A DNA stretch of 40,123 nt. Source: an uncultured bacterium. Its GTDB lineage: Bacteria > Fidelibacterota > Marinisomatia > Marinisomatales > UBA1611. Of this stretch, positions 19,345 through 29,275 are shown one piece after another. The first letter of the stretch is position 1. Each line of letters starts with the position of its first letter. The stretch is taken from NCBI GenBank assembly GCA_963980675.1, contig CAXCBH010000001.1, forward strand, positions 1 to 40,123. Direction: 5' to 3'. A model generated the notes under the pieces. That model was not told where the DNA came from. It made no database searches and saw only the letters and a program-made list of their open reading frames with translations. The position numbers and the translations under genes are program-made.

Positions 19345-20148
19345 ATGCAAAACCTTTTTATGATGATCATTCTGGTATTTTGCCAGTTGTGGGCTGGTAA
19401 GGCAGAAACAGTTGAAATATTTAGCGATATAATGAATAAGAATATTCCAGCGTTCATCGTTATCCCAGATTCGTATAGTGGTGGAAATGATAGCCTTCCT
19501 GTTATTCTATTATTGCATGGATATGGTGGGGATTACAAAAACTGGTCATCAAAGACAAATTTACTTCGACAAGCCGATGAGTTTAATTTTATAATTGTTT
19601 GCCCAGATGGAAATCGAAACAGTTGGTATTTGGATAGTCCAATGAAACCAGAGAGCCAATATAAAACATTTTTTATCAATGAATTAGTTCCTTGGATTAA
19701 AATGAATTTTCGTACTAACCAAATGGGCATTACAGGATTAAGTATGGGTGGCCATGGTGCATTTTATTTAGCCATTAGGCATCCAGAATTATTTGATGCT
19801 GTATCTGGAATGAGTTCCGGAGTGGATTTAACCTTCTCAACCGTTAAATGGGAACTTGCTAAAATATTGGGTCCATTTGAATTATACCCTAATCGTTGGT
19901 ATGATCATTCTGTTGTGAATATGGTAGATTTAATTCAGGAAGGGTTTATGCCTATTTTAATTGATTGTGGATATGATGATTTCTTTATTGGTATAAATAG
20001 ATCATTCCATCATCGCTTGATCGATAAAAATATATCGCATATTTACGTGGAAAAACCCGGTGGGCATAATTGGGATTATTGGACCAATACGTTGGATGAA
20101 CATTTACAATTTTTTGAAAATGCATTTAATGGATCCAATATTAATTAA
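19345..20148 (+). CDS. Secreted esterase (esterase D / CE1-like alpha/beta hydrolase)
   Basis: 267 aa with a signal-like N-terminus, LLLHGYGGD, and the nucleophile elbow GLSMGGHGA. Confidence 0.8.
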   Translation: MQNLFMMIILVFCQLWAGKAETVEIFSDIMNKNIPAFIVIPDSYSGGNDSLPVILLLHGYGGDYKNWSSKTNLLRQADEFNFIIVCPDGNRNSWYLDSPMKPESQYKTFFINELVPWIKMNFRTNQMGITGLSMGGHGAFYLAIRHPELFDAVSGMSSGVDLTFSTVKWELAKILGPFELYPNRWYDHSVVNMVDLIQEGFMPILIDCGYDDFFIGINRSFHHRLIDKNISHIYVEKPGGHNWDYWTNTLDEHLQFFENAFNGSNIN

Positions 20149-20178
20149 TCGTATTTCATCTTCATTAAAAATATATAT

Positions 20179-23100
20179 ATGTTAAATAAATATCTGTTAC
20201 CCACATCTCTTTTTATCCTTTTAACAGTGACGAGTTGTTCAACATTTCCTAGAACTCAAGATTCTACAAATTGGGCAGAAAAAACTTTGAGTCAATTATC
20301 TCTCCGGGAAAAAATAGGGCAAATGATGGTCTACCGGATGAACATGCGGTTAAAGGATGTATCTTTAGAAAAGTGGAAAGAAATAAATTCTCTTATAGCA
20401 TCAGATGGTATTGGGACGATACATCTATGGTATGGTGACGCTAGCAGTTCCATAGCATTGATGAATAAAATGCAAACACTTTCAAAAGTGCCTATTTTAT
20501 TTGATGCAGACATTGAGTATGGTCTTAATCAAAGATTCCCTTCTGGGACAGACTTACCACCACTTATGGCCATTGCAGCTACTTCGAATACTAACAATTC
20601 TTATCAGGTTGGAAAAATAATTGCTAAAGAGGCGCGGGCAGTGGGCGTTCATTGGAATCTCTCTCCTGTAGTTGATGTGAATAATAATCCCTTAAATCCT
20701 ATTATTAATACGAGATCCTTTGGAGAAAATCCAAACGGCGTTAGCGAATTTGGTTTTTCTCTCATGAAAGGACTCCAAGATCACGGAATGTTGGCGACGG
20801 CAAAACATTTTCCCGGCCATGGGGATACAGAAACCGATTCTCATTCTTCTTTGGCCACGATTCCCAGTGATTCAAGCCGCCTATGGTCTGTTGAAATTTT
20901 ACCCTTTCAAGTCATGTCAGATGCAGGCGTAGATGCTATAATGGTGGCCCATGTTCATGCACCGGATTATCAACCTGAAGCAGATAAACCATCATCAATG
21001 TCACCATTTTGGATACAATCTATTCTACGAGAAAAAATTGGTTTCAAAGGTGTTGTAATTACTGATGCAATGAGTATGGGGGGTATATCAAAAAATTATT
21101 CTGATGCATTTGCTTTGATAGAAACGATTAAAGCGGGAAGTGACGTCATTATTCAAAACTATAATTTAAAAGGCTCTATAGATACCATTGAAAAAGCTAT
21201 TAATGATGGAGAAATTTCAATTCATCGAATCAATGGATCGGTATTAAAAATACTAAAAATGAAAGAAAAGGTTGGTCTTCAAAAATCTACTAAAATATCA
21301 TTAGATAGTTTTCATAATAGTTATAATAAAAATGAGCATAAACAAATTGCCAAACAAATTGCCCAAGAAGCAATAACATGTGTGAAATACGATTCGAATA
21401 TATTTCCATTTAATACAAATAATCCGGAGACACTTTATGTAATTGATATCTATGATTCCAGAAATAATCATGAAATGTCTAGTGTAACAAAAGGGCTTAA
21501 AAAATCAAGGCTCAAAATAAAAACCCTTCAAATTGACGAATCTGATTCAAAAGTTGTTTTAGATGCCATGCTAAATGAAATCCCAGAAAATGCCTTGGTA
21601 CTGGTAAATGCTTTTGCCAATCCAAAAGCGAGTAAAGATCGGATATTTCTTCCAGAGAATGAGTCAGAATTCCTTCGCACTTTAATGAATAAAACAGATC
21701 GTATTGTCCTTGCGAGTCTCGGGACACCTTATTTGATTCAAGAATTCCCAGGCATCCCGGTTTATCTTTGTGCCTATAAGAATAATTCTGTCATGCAGTC
21801 TGCGCTAGTGAATGCATTGCTGGGGAAGAATAAAATATCCGGAAAACTTCCTGTTTCAATTCCAGGGGTAGCAAAGTTTGGAGATGGTTTAGTGGTAGAA
21901 AAACAAGAAATTCAAATACAAAAGAATGGAAACTTGCCAGGGCCCAAAATAATTCAGGTGATGCCGGGTGAAATTGGTATAAGTAACAAGAAATTAAATC
22001 AATTATTAGAAGAATCAGTTAAGAACGAGGCTTGGCCCGGTGGTGTTTTACTTGCCGCAAAGGATGGAAAAATATTTGCAAAAGAAGCGTTTGGATTTCA
22101 CACCTATGATAAAAAAAGGGAAACAAGAACAAGTGACATTTTCGATCTAGCATCAATTACAAAAGTGATTTCAACAACTTCTGCTATCATGAAATTAGTC
22201 GAAAATGAAAAATTAAATCTCGATGATCCAGTTGTGAAATATTTGCCGGATTTCAAGGGGAAGCAGATTAAGTATTTTGATCAAAAGTCAAAAATCACTA
22301 TCCGTTACTTAATGACACATACTGCTGGGTTGGCCCCGTTTAAGCAATTTTATTTAATGGAAACAAGTAAAGAAGGGCGATTAGATAGTTTATATAATAG
22401 TGAGCCGGAAACAAAGATTGGTGAGAAAGTAGTTTATTCTGATATCGGTCTTATTATGCTAGGGAAATTAGTAGAGAATGTAAGTGGTGTTTCTTTAGAT
22501 AAATACGTCGACTCACTTATTTTTCAACCTATGGGTATGATATCTACATTTTATAATCCACCAAAAGAAAAATTTCACCGAATTGTTCCAACAGAAATTT
22601 CTGACCAATATAGAATAGGGTTAATACATGGAGAAGTCCACGATGAAAATGCCCATAGCATTGGTGGTGTGGCAGGGCATGCTGGCCTTTTCTCTACAGC
22701 CCGAGATTTAGCACGATTTTCTCAAATGATGCTGAATAAGGGTATTTATGGTTGGACCAGAATTTTCAAAACAGAAACGGTAAACCTATTTACACAAAGA
22801 GCCAATATTGTGGAAGGAAGTTCCCGTTGTTTGGGTTGGGATAGTCCAGATGGTGAAGCATCTGGTGGAGTATATTTAAGCGATAAAAGTTTTGGACACA
22901 CTGGATATACAGGAACATCCTTATGGATTGATCCGGAGAACCAGATTACAGTTATTTTGCTAACAAATGCGGTTCATCCTAATCGTTCTTGGAAAAAACC
23001 AAAATATTTTGACTGGCGACAGCGTATTCATTCTGCGGTTTATGAGACACTAGGATTTAAAGAACAGAATCAAAATTTTCAGTGGCGAAAAAATTGGTAA
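20179..23100 (+). CDS. Fusion lipoprotein: GH3 N-terminal (NagZ-like) domain plus C-terminal beta-lactamase/PBP-like serine hydrolase
   Basis: 973 aa. Lipobox LLTVTSC. GH3 motif KHFPGHGDTETDSH and VITDAMSMGG in the first half. SxxK motif ASITKV and a downstream YSD in the last ~370 aa. Confidence 0.85.
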   Translation: MLNKYLLPTSLFILLTVTSCSTFPRTQDSTNWAEKTLSQLSLREKIGQMMVYRMNMRLKDVSLEKWKEINSLIASDGIGTIHLWYGDASSSIALMNKMQTLSKVPILFDADIEYGLNQRFPSGTDLPPLMAIAATSNTNNSYQVGKIIAKEARAVGVHWNLSPVVDVNNNPLNPIINTRSFGENPNGVSEFGFSLMKGLQDHGMLATAKHFPGHGDTETDSHSSLATIPSDSSRLWSVEILPFQVMSDAGVDAIMVAHVHAPDYQPEADKPSSMSPFWIQSILREKIGFKGVVITDAMSMGGISKNYSDAFALIETIKAGSDVIIQNYNLKGSIDTIEKAINDGEISIHRINGSVLKILKMKEKVGLQKSTKISLDSFHNSYNKNEHKQIAKQIAQEAITCVKYDSNIFPFNTNNPETLYVIDIYDSRNNHEMSSVTKGLKKSRLKIKTLQIDESDSKVVLDAMLNEIPENALVLVNAFANPKASKDRIFLPENESEFLRTLMNKTDRIVLASLGTPYLIQEFPGIPVYLCAYKNNSVMQSALVNALLGKNKISGKLPVSIPGVAKFGDGLVVEKQEIQIQKNGNLPGPKIIQVMPGEIGISNKKLNQLLEESVKNEAWPGGVLLAAKDGKIFAKEAFGFHTYDKKRETRTSDIFDLASITKVISTTSAIMKLVENEKLNLDDPVVKYLPDFKGKQIKYFDQKSKITIRYLMTHTAGLAPFKQFYLMETSKEGRLDSLYNSEPETKIGEKVVYSDIGLIMLGKLVENVSGVSLDKYVDSLIFQPMGMISTFYNPPKEKFHRIVPTEISDQYRIGLIHGEVHDENAHSIGGVAGHAGLFSTARDLARFSQMMLNKGIYGWTRIFKTETVNLFTQRANIVEGSSRCLGWDSPDGEASGGVYLSDKSFGHTGYTGTSLWIDPENQITVILLTNAVHPNRSWKKPKYFDWRQRIHSAVYETLGFKEQNQNFQWRKNW

Positions 23101-23168
23101 CCTTATTCCCACCATTTCTCAAATAATTTTTATTGCAACCATAATTTTTATACCACTATTTTCTAGAG

Positions 23169-26100
23169 ATGAAATTTATTAGAATCTTAACTTTATTTAT
23201 CGTTCTTCAATCTTCCCTATTCCCAAGTGTTACAGGCAAAATATCTGGTATAATTACAGATGCTTCGTCCGGTAACCCTCTTATTGGTGCCAATGTAATG
23301 CTTGATGGGACATCTCTTGGGGCTGCAACAGACATCGATGGGCACTATAACATTTTAAATATCTCTCCTGGGTTTTATTCGTTGCGTGTTGAGATGATAG
23401 GCTATGGTCAAAAAACGGTTACTGATATTCGTGTTGAAATTGATTTAACTGCATTAATCGATGTCGAACTTTCTGTTGAGGCTATTTCGGGCGAAATGGT
23501 TGTTGTAAAGGCAAATCAAAAGCTAGTTAAAATTGACGTGGCATCGAGTCAAAAATCAATATCAGCATCACAAATTGCTGAAATGCCTGTCAGTAGTGTT
23601 GCTGATGTTGTTGGGCTGTCTGCAGGGGTCTCTGGTTTGTCAGTGAGAGGTGGTAGTTACAATGAAACTCAATTTATGGTTGATGGTCTTGTGATGAATG
23701 ATGAACGAACGAGTGAACCTACAACGGGAATTCCTTTAAGTGCCATCCAAGATATTTCCTTGCAAACTGGCGGATTTGGTGCAGAATATCGGAATGCTCG
23801 ATCAGGTGTCATTAATGTTGTAACAAAAGAAGGGTCAAAAGATTCTTATTCTGGCTCGTTAAGTATTCGACAATCACCGGCAACACAAAAACATTTTGGG
23901 ACATCTCCTTACGATGCTGAATCTTTCTGGTTTAAACCATACTTGGATTCAACTGTTTGTTGGACAGGAACGAACAATGGTTCTTGGGATGAGTATACTC
24001 AAAGACAGTATCCATCTTTTGATGGGTGGAACAGTGTTTCTGAACAAACCTTAGCTGATGGTGATTCCAAAAATGATTTATCACCATCAGGCGTTAAAAA
24101 ATTATTTTCTTGGGAGCATCGAAAAAATGGAGCAATCAAAAATCCTGATGTGAATATTGATGCGGGGTTTGGAGGTCCGGTTCCCTTTGTTTCAACAAAA
24201 CTAGGTGATCTTCGTTTTTATTTTTCTACTCGGCAAGAAAAAGATATGTACCTTTATGAAGTCAGCAGAAAGGGACTTGAGAAGGAATCGTATTTATTAA
24301 AATTAACATCTGACTTAAGTGTTAATTCAAAACTTGTATATACTTTATTTAATGGTCGAGTTGAGGGAACATCCTTATCTCGAGGTGGCGGTACAGCGAT
24401 TATGAATGATGTTTGGGACCTTGCAAATCAAGTTAATAGGTCAGGATTTACAATGCCGTGGAGGTTATTTACAAATGAATACTGGTCTCCCACTGAAGTG
24501 AAAAATTCAATACATGGATTAAAGTTTACAAAGCAAATCGATGGTGATACTTTTTATGATTTATTGGTAAAGTATGATACCAAGGATTATAACACAAACC
24601 ATGGTGCACGTCGAGATACTATCTCGACTTTTCCTATTTTTGGTGATGGAGAAGATACTTGGTATGCAGATGAAGCTCCCAATGGTTTTTTTGGAGGGCC
24701 TCTTTTCAGTGTAGAGGGAAGGCTTGCATTTGGTGGAGCAGTTAGTACTGCTAGGGACTTTAGCCATGTGAAAACGATTACGCTAAAAGGTAACTACACA
24801 ACTCAGTTAAATAATGTAAATCAATTAAAATTTGGTGGAGAATTAATCTACTCTGGGCTCGAATTAAAATATGGGTCACAAAATGAATTTTTACCTAGCG
24901 GTAATTATTGGTCAACGATGGATGTGGCCCCGTATCGTTTATCATTTTACGGCCAAGATAAATTGGAATTTAAAGGACTTATTGCCATCCTTGGATTAAA
25001 CCTAGACGTAATTAATCCAAATCATGCCTGGTATGACATTGACGTCTATAATGATGATTTTTATTCATCTAATTACACTAGTGATTCAGAAGCTGATTTT
25101 GAGCAAACAAACGTTGACCCGCAAATTGAGTTAAGTCCGCGATTAGCATTGTCTCATCCTATAACTGAAACATCTAAATTATATTTTAATTATGGACACT
25201 ACCAACAAATGCCTATTGCTGAATCATTATATCGTGTTAGACGAGGATTTAGTGAAGAAGTGCTTACCATAGGTGACCCAAACCTTCCTATGGCTAAAAC
25301 GATCGCTTATGAAATTGGATTCGACCAATCTTTTAATGAAAGTTATTTAATTAGATTATCTGCTTACTATAAAGACATCGCTGACCAACAAAATTATACA
25401 CGATTTATCAGTGCAAATAGTAAAGTAAACTATTCAAGGTTAACATCAAATAGCTACGAGGACATTCGTGGATTTGAATTGGAGTTATCACGAATCCGTG
25501 GTCGTTGGGTTACTGGATTTGTGAATTATGAATATCGAGTAAATACATCTGGTTACTTTGGTTTAGGATATTATTATGAGAATCCAGCAGATCAGCGGAA
25601 TTATGAGCTGAATAATCCTAAACAATATAAACCAAGGCCTATTCCTAGAATGAAGTCTGTTATTGACGTTCATACACCAGTTGATTTCGGACCTAAATTA
25701 TTAAATCAGCGAATACTGGCAGATTGGCATTTAAACATAATTAGTAAGTGGTCTGCTGGCTCATGGTTTACTTATAATCCAAACAATGTTTCAGGAATTG
25801 AGTATAATGTTCAATATCGAAATAATTATAATATTGATTTGAAATTTTCTAAAATTTTTCAAATGGGTAAGGTGAATTTGAAAATCTATGCTGATTTATA
25901 CAATGCAATGAATGTGAAGACTTTTTCCGGATATGGTTTTGAAGATGGGTTTGACTATAATTACTACATGCAATCCTTGCACATGAATGAAGATATTTCA
26001 GGAGAATTAGGGTATAATTACTTTGATGGTAATGATATGCCTGGAGATGTACGAAAAGATGGAACAGAGTTTGTTCCTTTTGAGTGGATATCTGATGTAA

Positions 26101-26321
26101 CACAATTATCATCCCCAAGCGAAAGGCCCATTTATTTTGATTCAGCATCAGACTCATTTGTACAGTGGACTGAAGAAGAAGGATGGGCTGCAGTAAATCA
26201 ATCATTATATGATGATGTGATCGCAAATAAGCAATATATAGATATGCCTAACCTATCTCATTATATTTTTCTAAATCCTCGTGATATCTTTATTGGAATA
26301 AATATTAGTTATGATTTTTAA
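23169..26321 (+). CDS. TonB-dependent outer-membrane receptor with an N-terminal CarboxypepD_reg-like domain (module 1)
   Basis: 1050 aa. Signal peptide, then GKISGIITDASSGNPLIGANV...DGHYNILNISPGFYSL (CarboxypepD_reg), a plug region (QFMVDGLVMND...GGFGAEYRNARSGVINVVTKEG), and a C-terminal aromatic residue (ISYDF). Confidence 0.9.
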   Translation: MKFIRILTLFIVLQSSLFPSVTGKISGIITDASSGNPLIGANVMLDGTSLGAATDIDGHYNILNISPGFYSLRVEMIGYGQKTVTDIRVEIDLTALIDVELSVEAISGEMVVVKANQKLVKIDVASSQKSISASQIAEMPVSSVADVVGLSAGVSGLSVRGGSYNETQFMVDGLVMNDERTSEPTTGIPLSAIQDISLQTGGFGAEYRNARSGVINVVTKEGSKDSYSGSLSIRQSPATQKHFGTSPYDAESFWFKPYLDSTVCWTGTNNGSWDEYTQRQYPSFDGWNSVSEQTLADGDSKNDLSPSGVKKLFSWEHRKNGAIKNPDVNIDAGFGGPVPFVSTKLGDLRFYFSTRQEKDMYLYEVSRKGLEKESYLLKLTSDLSVNSKLVYTLFNGRVEGTSLSRGGGTAIMNDVWDLANQVNRSGFTMPWRLFTNEYWSPTEVKNSIHGLKFTKQIDGDTFYDLLVKYDTKDYNTNHGARRDTISTFPIFGDGEDTWYADEAPNGFFGGPLFSVEGRLAFGGAVSTARDFSHVKTITLKGNYTTQLNNVNQLKFGGELIYSGLELKYGSQNEFLPSGNYWSTMDVAPYRLSFYGQDKLEFKGLIAILGLNLDVINPNHAWYDIDVYNDDFYSSNYTSDSEADFEQTNVDPQIELSPRLALSHPITETSKLYFNYGHYQQMPIAESLYRVRRGFSEEVLTIGDPNLPMAKTIAYEIGFDQSFNESYLIRLSAYYKDIADQQNYTRFISANSKVNYSRLTSNSYEDIRGFELELSRIRGRWVTGFVNYEYRVNTSGYFGLGYYYENPADQRNYELNNPKQYKPRPIPRMKSVIDVHTPVDFGPKLLNQRILADWHLNIISKWSAGSWFTYNPNNVSGIEYNVQYRNNYNIDLKFSKIFQMGKVNLKIYADLYNAMNVKTFSGYGFEDGFDYNYYMQSLHMNEDISGELGYNYFDGNDMPGDVRKDGTEFVPFEWISDVTQLSSPSERPIYFDSASDSFVQWTEEEGWAAVNQSLYDDVIANKQYIDMPNLSHYIFLNPRDIFIGINISYDF

Positions 26322-28461
26322 ACGATTATTTTTTATTAGTTTATTTTTATACACGATTAATTTTGCTCAAGAAGTGAAGTGGATGGCAATTGGTGATCTT
26401 CATAATTGGTATTCAGCTGCAGGGTGTGAAATTGAAGTTGGTAGAACAGGACAAGTATCAGATCAGCAAGATGGCCTGCGTTATCCAGCTTTTTATCGAG
26501 TACAAGACAACCAAGCTGCAAAAGGTCTTTGGTTAGGTGCGACGAATTTTCATGATCCCATCGTATCTAAAGATTATGAATATAAAGTTGTGCATGCGGG
26601 GCCTAGGCATTTGGATATTGAGAATGAAACTATACCAAAGGAAATTTCTTTGCATGGTAGGTATGGTCACCCCAATGTTTTTGTTGATGGTGATCCGGCA
26701 ACTAATCTTCAATATCTTGATAATGTTGATGAAGTTGATCCGGATTTGCCAGCTGATAGGAAAATTTATAATGTTGTCCAAACGTCCATTGGTGTTGAAA
26801 TGCAAAGAACCATTTATGCATTTTCTCATCCTGAACACCAGAATTATCATATCCAAGAATATGTATTTACAAATAATGGCTGCTACGATGCAGATTGTAA
26901 TACGAGCTACGAGCAGACCCTTGAAGGGTTTCAAGTCTATTTACAGTATAGATACGCTATTAGCAGGGAAGGTATGGTTTATGATGGGGGCTGGTTACCC
27001 CAGAGCGCAGCATGGGGTCATAATACAATGAATGATGTTATCGGAGAAAATCCAGATGCACCCTCAGGAAATGATCAATACTACGATGATGGGGAAATCA
27101 TTCGAGGCTTGTTCTCTTGGCAAGGGTATCACTCAGATGCCAGTTTTGATAATATTGGTGGCCCAAATTCACCAGGTGAAGGTCACTTAGGTGCTGCTCA
27201 ATTTGTAGGTGTTACAACCCTCCATGCTGATACAAGCCCTGCTGATAATACCAATGATTTAAATCAGCCAAGTACAACTTGGTTCATTACTTCGGATGAT
27301 CCTTCTACATCTGGTAATGATCAATATAATGAAACAAAGTCAAGGAAAGAGTATAATCAATATATGTCTGTAGGACACCCTGAACAATCCCAAGCAGAAG
27401 TGGTTGGAACGGGCTATGCCAATCAATTTGCAGATCCAAGAGCTGGTTCAAATCCTGGTGGAACGTCTCAAGGAATTGGCTTTGGTCCCTATACCTTAGC
27501 ACCGGGCGAAAGTATTAGAATTGTTCTTGCTGAAGGTGCAGCAGGTTTAAGCCGCGAAATGTGTTATCTTGTTGGCCAAAATTGGAAGAATGATATCCAT
27601 ACAGGAGATATGCCGGCACCATCATCCTTGAATACATGGATGATGGAGCATTACAATGGTGGGTCTGGAAAAAATGAATATAAAAATGCGTGGGTTTTTA
27701 CAGGTGCAGACTCCATTGTAAAAACATTTAAAAAAGCAAAAGAAACATTCGATTTGATGGAGTCAGGGCAAACATTGCCGTTTCCACCTCGACCGCCAGC
27801 TATTTTCACAGTAACATCAGGTGGTGATCGAATTACAATTGACTGGTCAGCTGAATCTGAATCTGAGCCTGGAATGGACGGGTATAATCTATATCGGTTA
27901 AAATTTAAACCAGATACATCCTTATTTTATTATGATTTAGCTAATGGCAACATTGTGGACCTAGATGAATCTATTGCTTCAATTTGGACTTTAGATCCTG
28001 GCATTGGTTCTTATGAAGATTTAACTCCTGAACGAGGATTTGATTATTACTATTTTTTGGAAGCATTTGATAATGGTACAAACGATAATATTGTTTTAAA
28101 TAGTAGCAAATTTTATACACTGACTAATAAAGCAGCTTTCCTTAAACGTCCACCTGGAACAAGCTACAGTGATATTCGTATAGTACCAAATCCCTTCCAC
28201 ATATCCGCCAGAGACTTACAATATGGAGTGAGCGCACCTGATCGATTGATGTTTTTAAATATCCCTGCTAAATGTACTATCCGAATATTTACAGAAAGGG
28301 GTGACTTGGTTGATACAATTGAGCATACAGATGGAAGTGGGGATGAAGCTTGGAATTCAATTACTTCATCAAGGCAGATTATTGTTAGTGGACTTTATAT
28401 TGCACATTTTGATATGGGATCAGAAGGATCTGAAATTCGTAAATTCACAGTAATAAGATAG
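26311..28461 (+). CDS. Uncharacterised secreted TBDR-partner protein: novel N-terminal region, FN3-like domain and T9SS-CTD-like C-terminal beta-sandwich (module 1)
   Basis: 716 aa. Its ATG overlaps the TBDR stop by 11 nt. Has a signal peptide, an FN3-like segment (PPAIFTVTSGGDRITIDWSAE...GYNLYR), and a paralog at 34540..36684. Confidence 0.85.
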   Translation: MIFKRLFFISLFLYTINFAQEVKWMAIGDLHNWYSAAGCEIEVGRTGQVSDQQDGLRYPAFYRVQDNQAAKGLWLGATNFHDPIVSKDYEYKVVHAGPRHLDIENETIPKEISLHGRYGHPNVFVDGDPATNLQYLDNVDEVDPDLPADRKIYNVVQTSIGVEMQRTIYAFSHPEHQNYHIQEYVFTNNGCYDADCNTSYEQTLEGFQVYLQYRYAISREGMVYDGGWLPQSAAWGHNTMNDVIGENPDAPSGNDQYYDDGEIIRGLFSWQGYHSDASFDNIGGPNSPGEGHLGAAQFVGVTTLHADTSPADNTNDLNQPSTTWFITSDDPSTSGNDQYNETKSRKEYNQYMSVGHPEQSQAEVVGTGYANQFADPRAGSNPGGTSQGIGFGPYTLAPGESIRIVLAEGAAGLSREMCYLVGQNWKNDIHTGDMPAPSSLNTWMMEHYNGGSGKNEYKNAWVFTGADSIVKTFKKAKETFDLMESGQTLPFPPRPPAIFTVTSGGDRITIDWSAESESEPGMDGYNLYRLKFKPDTSLFYYDLANGNIVDLDESIASIWTLDPGIGSYEDLTPERGFDYYYFLEAFDNGTNDNIVLNSSKFYTLTNKAAFLKRPPGTSYSDIRIVPNPFHISARDLQYGVSAPDRLMFLNIPAKCTIRIFTERGDLVDTIEHTDGSGDEAWNSITSSRQIIVSGLYIAHFDMGSEGSEIRKFTVIR
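28168..28458 (+). other. T9SS C-terminal-sorting-domain-like / FlgD-Ig-like segment of the 716-aa protein
   Basis: IRIVPNPF...LMFLNIPAKCTIRIFTERGDLVDTIEH...DEAWN...VSGLYIAHF...RKFTVIR follows the (V)PNP(F/Y) ... I.I(F/Y)...G.LV ... W.. ... SG.Y pattern of Por_Secre_tail-type domains. Confidence 0.5.
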
Positions 28462-28465
28462 CGGT

Positions 28466-29275
28466 ATGAATAAAAATAATTACAAACTAAATCTCACACT
28501 TATGGCGCTGATAATAGTTGGTTGCGATGATTTAACAAAAGATTATCAGAGTAATGAAAAATATCCATTGGCAATTGATAATACAATTTGCGAAATATTA
28601 AATGAAAAGGAATCAAATACAGTCATCACTTTTACCCCAGATTCTCTCTCTATGATTGCAATTTATGATAGTTTGATTACTGACACAGTGTCTTTTGCAG
28701 TTCTCAGTAATTCAAATAATTGGAAAATTCCTATTGATTCATTAACCTATTTTATGGTCTATGCACCTCAAACTGCAGATTCTTATTATGTGGCTTTAAA
28801 CTCATCAAGTGAATTTGGTTTATTTTCCGCAAGTGGTGAAGAAGTAATGCCAGACCAGACAATTTCATCTATGGTAAATATTGCAGGTTGTTCCGATATA
28901 AGAGTTAGGTATACATATTCATCCTTGAATGGCGTTTATTTAGCCCGACTGGTGAATTCAAATGTTTCATCAGTTAAAATGGTATTTATGAATTCAAATT
29001 CTATACCTGCTGCAGGATTTTCTGTTTCACCTGTATTAGCTGCGGTTGGTGACACACTCACTTTTTCCGAATCTTCATCAAGTGGATCTTATCCAATTGT
29101 TATCTTTTCATGGGATTTTGATGATGGGACTTCAAGCGATGATTCATCTATTGTAGAACATGTTTATTCAGATTCTGGCTCTTTTTCACCTTCATTGACT
29201 GTCTCTGATGGATATTTATCCCATTCAGTCACTCAAACCAGCTTGATTACAATTAGTGGCGGGAGTGAAGAATAA
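28466..29275 (+). CDS. Lipoprotein with a C-terminal PKD domain
   Basis: 269 aa. Lipobox LIIVGC. PKD signature FSWDFDDGTSS...VEHVYSDSGSFSPSLTVSDG. Confidence 0.8.
   Translation: MNKNNYKLNLTLMALIIVGCDDLTKDYQSNEKYPLAIDNTICEILNEKESNTVITFTPDSLSMIAIYDSLITDTVSFAVLSNSNNWKIPIDSLTYFMVYAPQTADSYYVALNSSSEFGLFSASGEEVMPDQTISSMVNIAGCSDIRVRYTYSSLNGVYLARLVNSNVSSVKMVFMNSNSIPAAGFSVSPVLAAVGDTLTFSESSSSGSYPIVIFSWDFDDGTSSDDSSIVEHVYSDSGSFSPSLTVSDGYLSHSVTQTSLITISGGSEE

Noticed and set aside
26533-27031. 133-aa (minus) and 164-aa (plus, off-frame) ORFs inside the 716-aa gene
   Set aside because: Both are Ile, Phe and Met rich off-frame products of AT-rich coding DNA. The 716-aa frame has a paralog that supports it.
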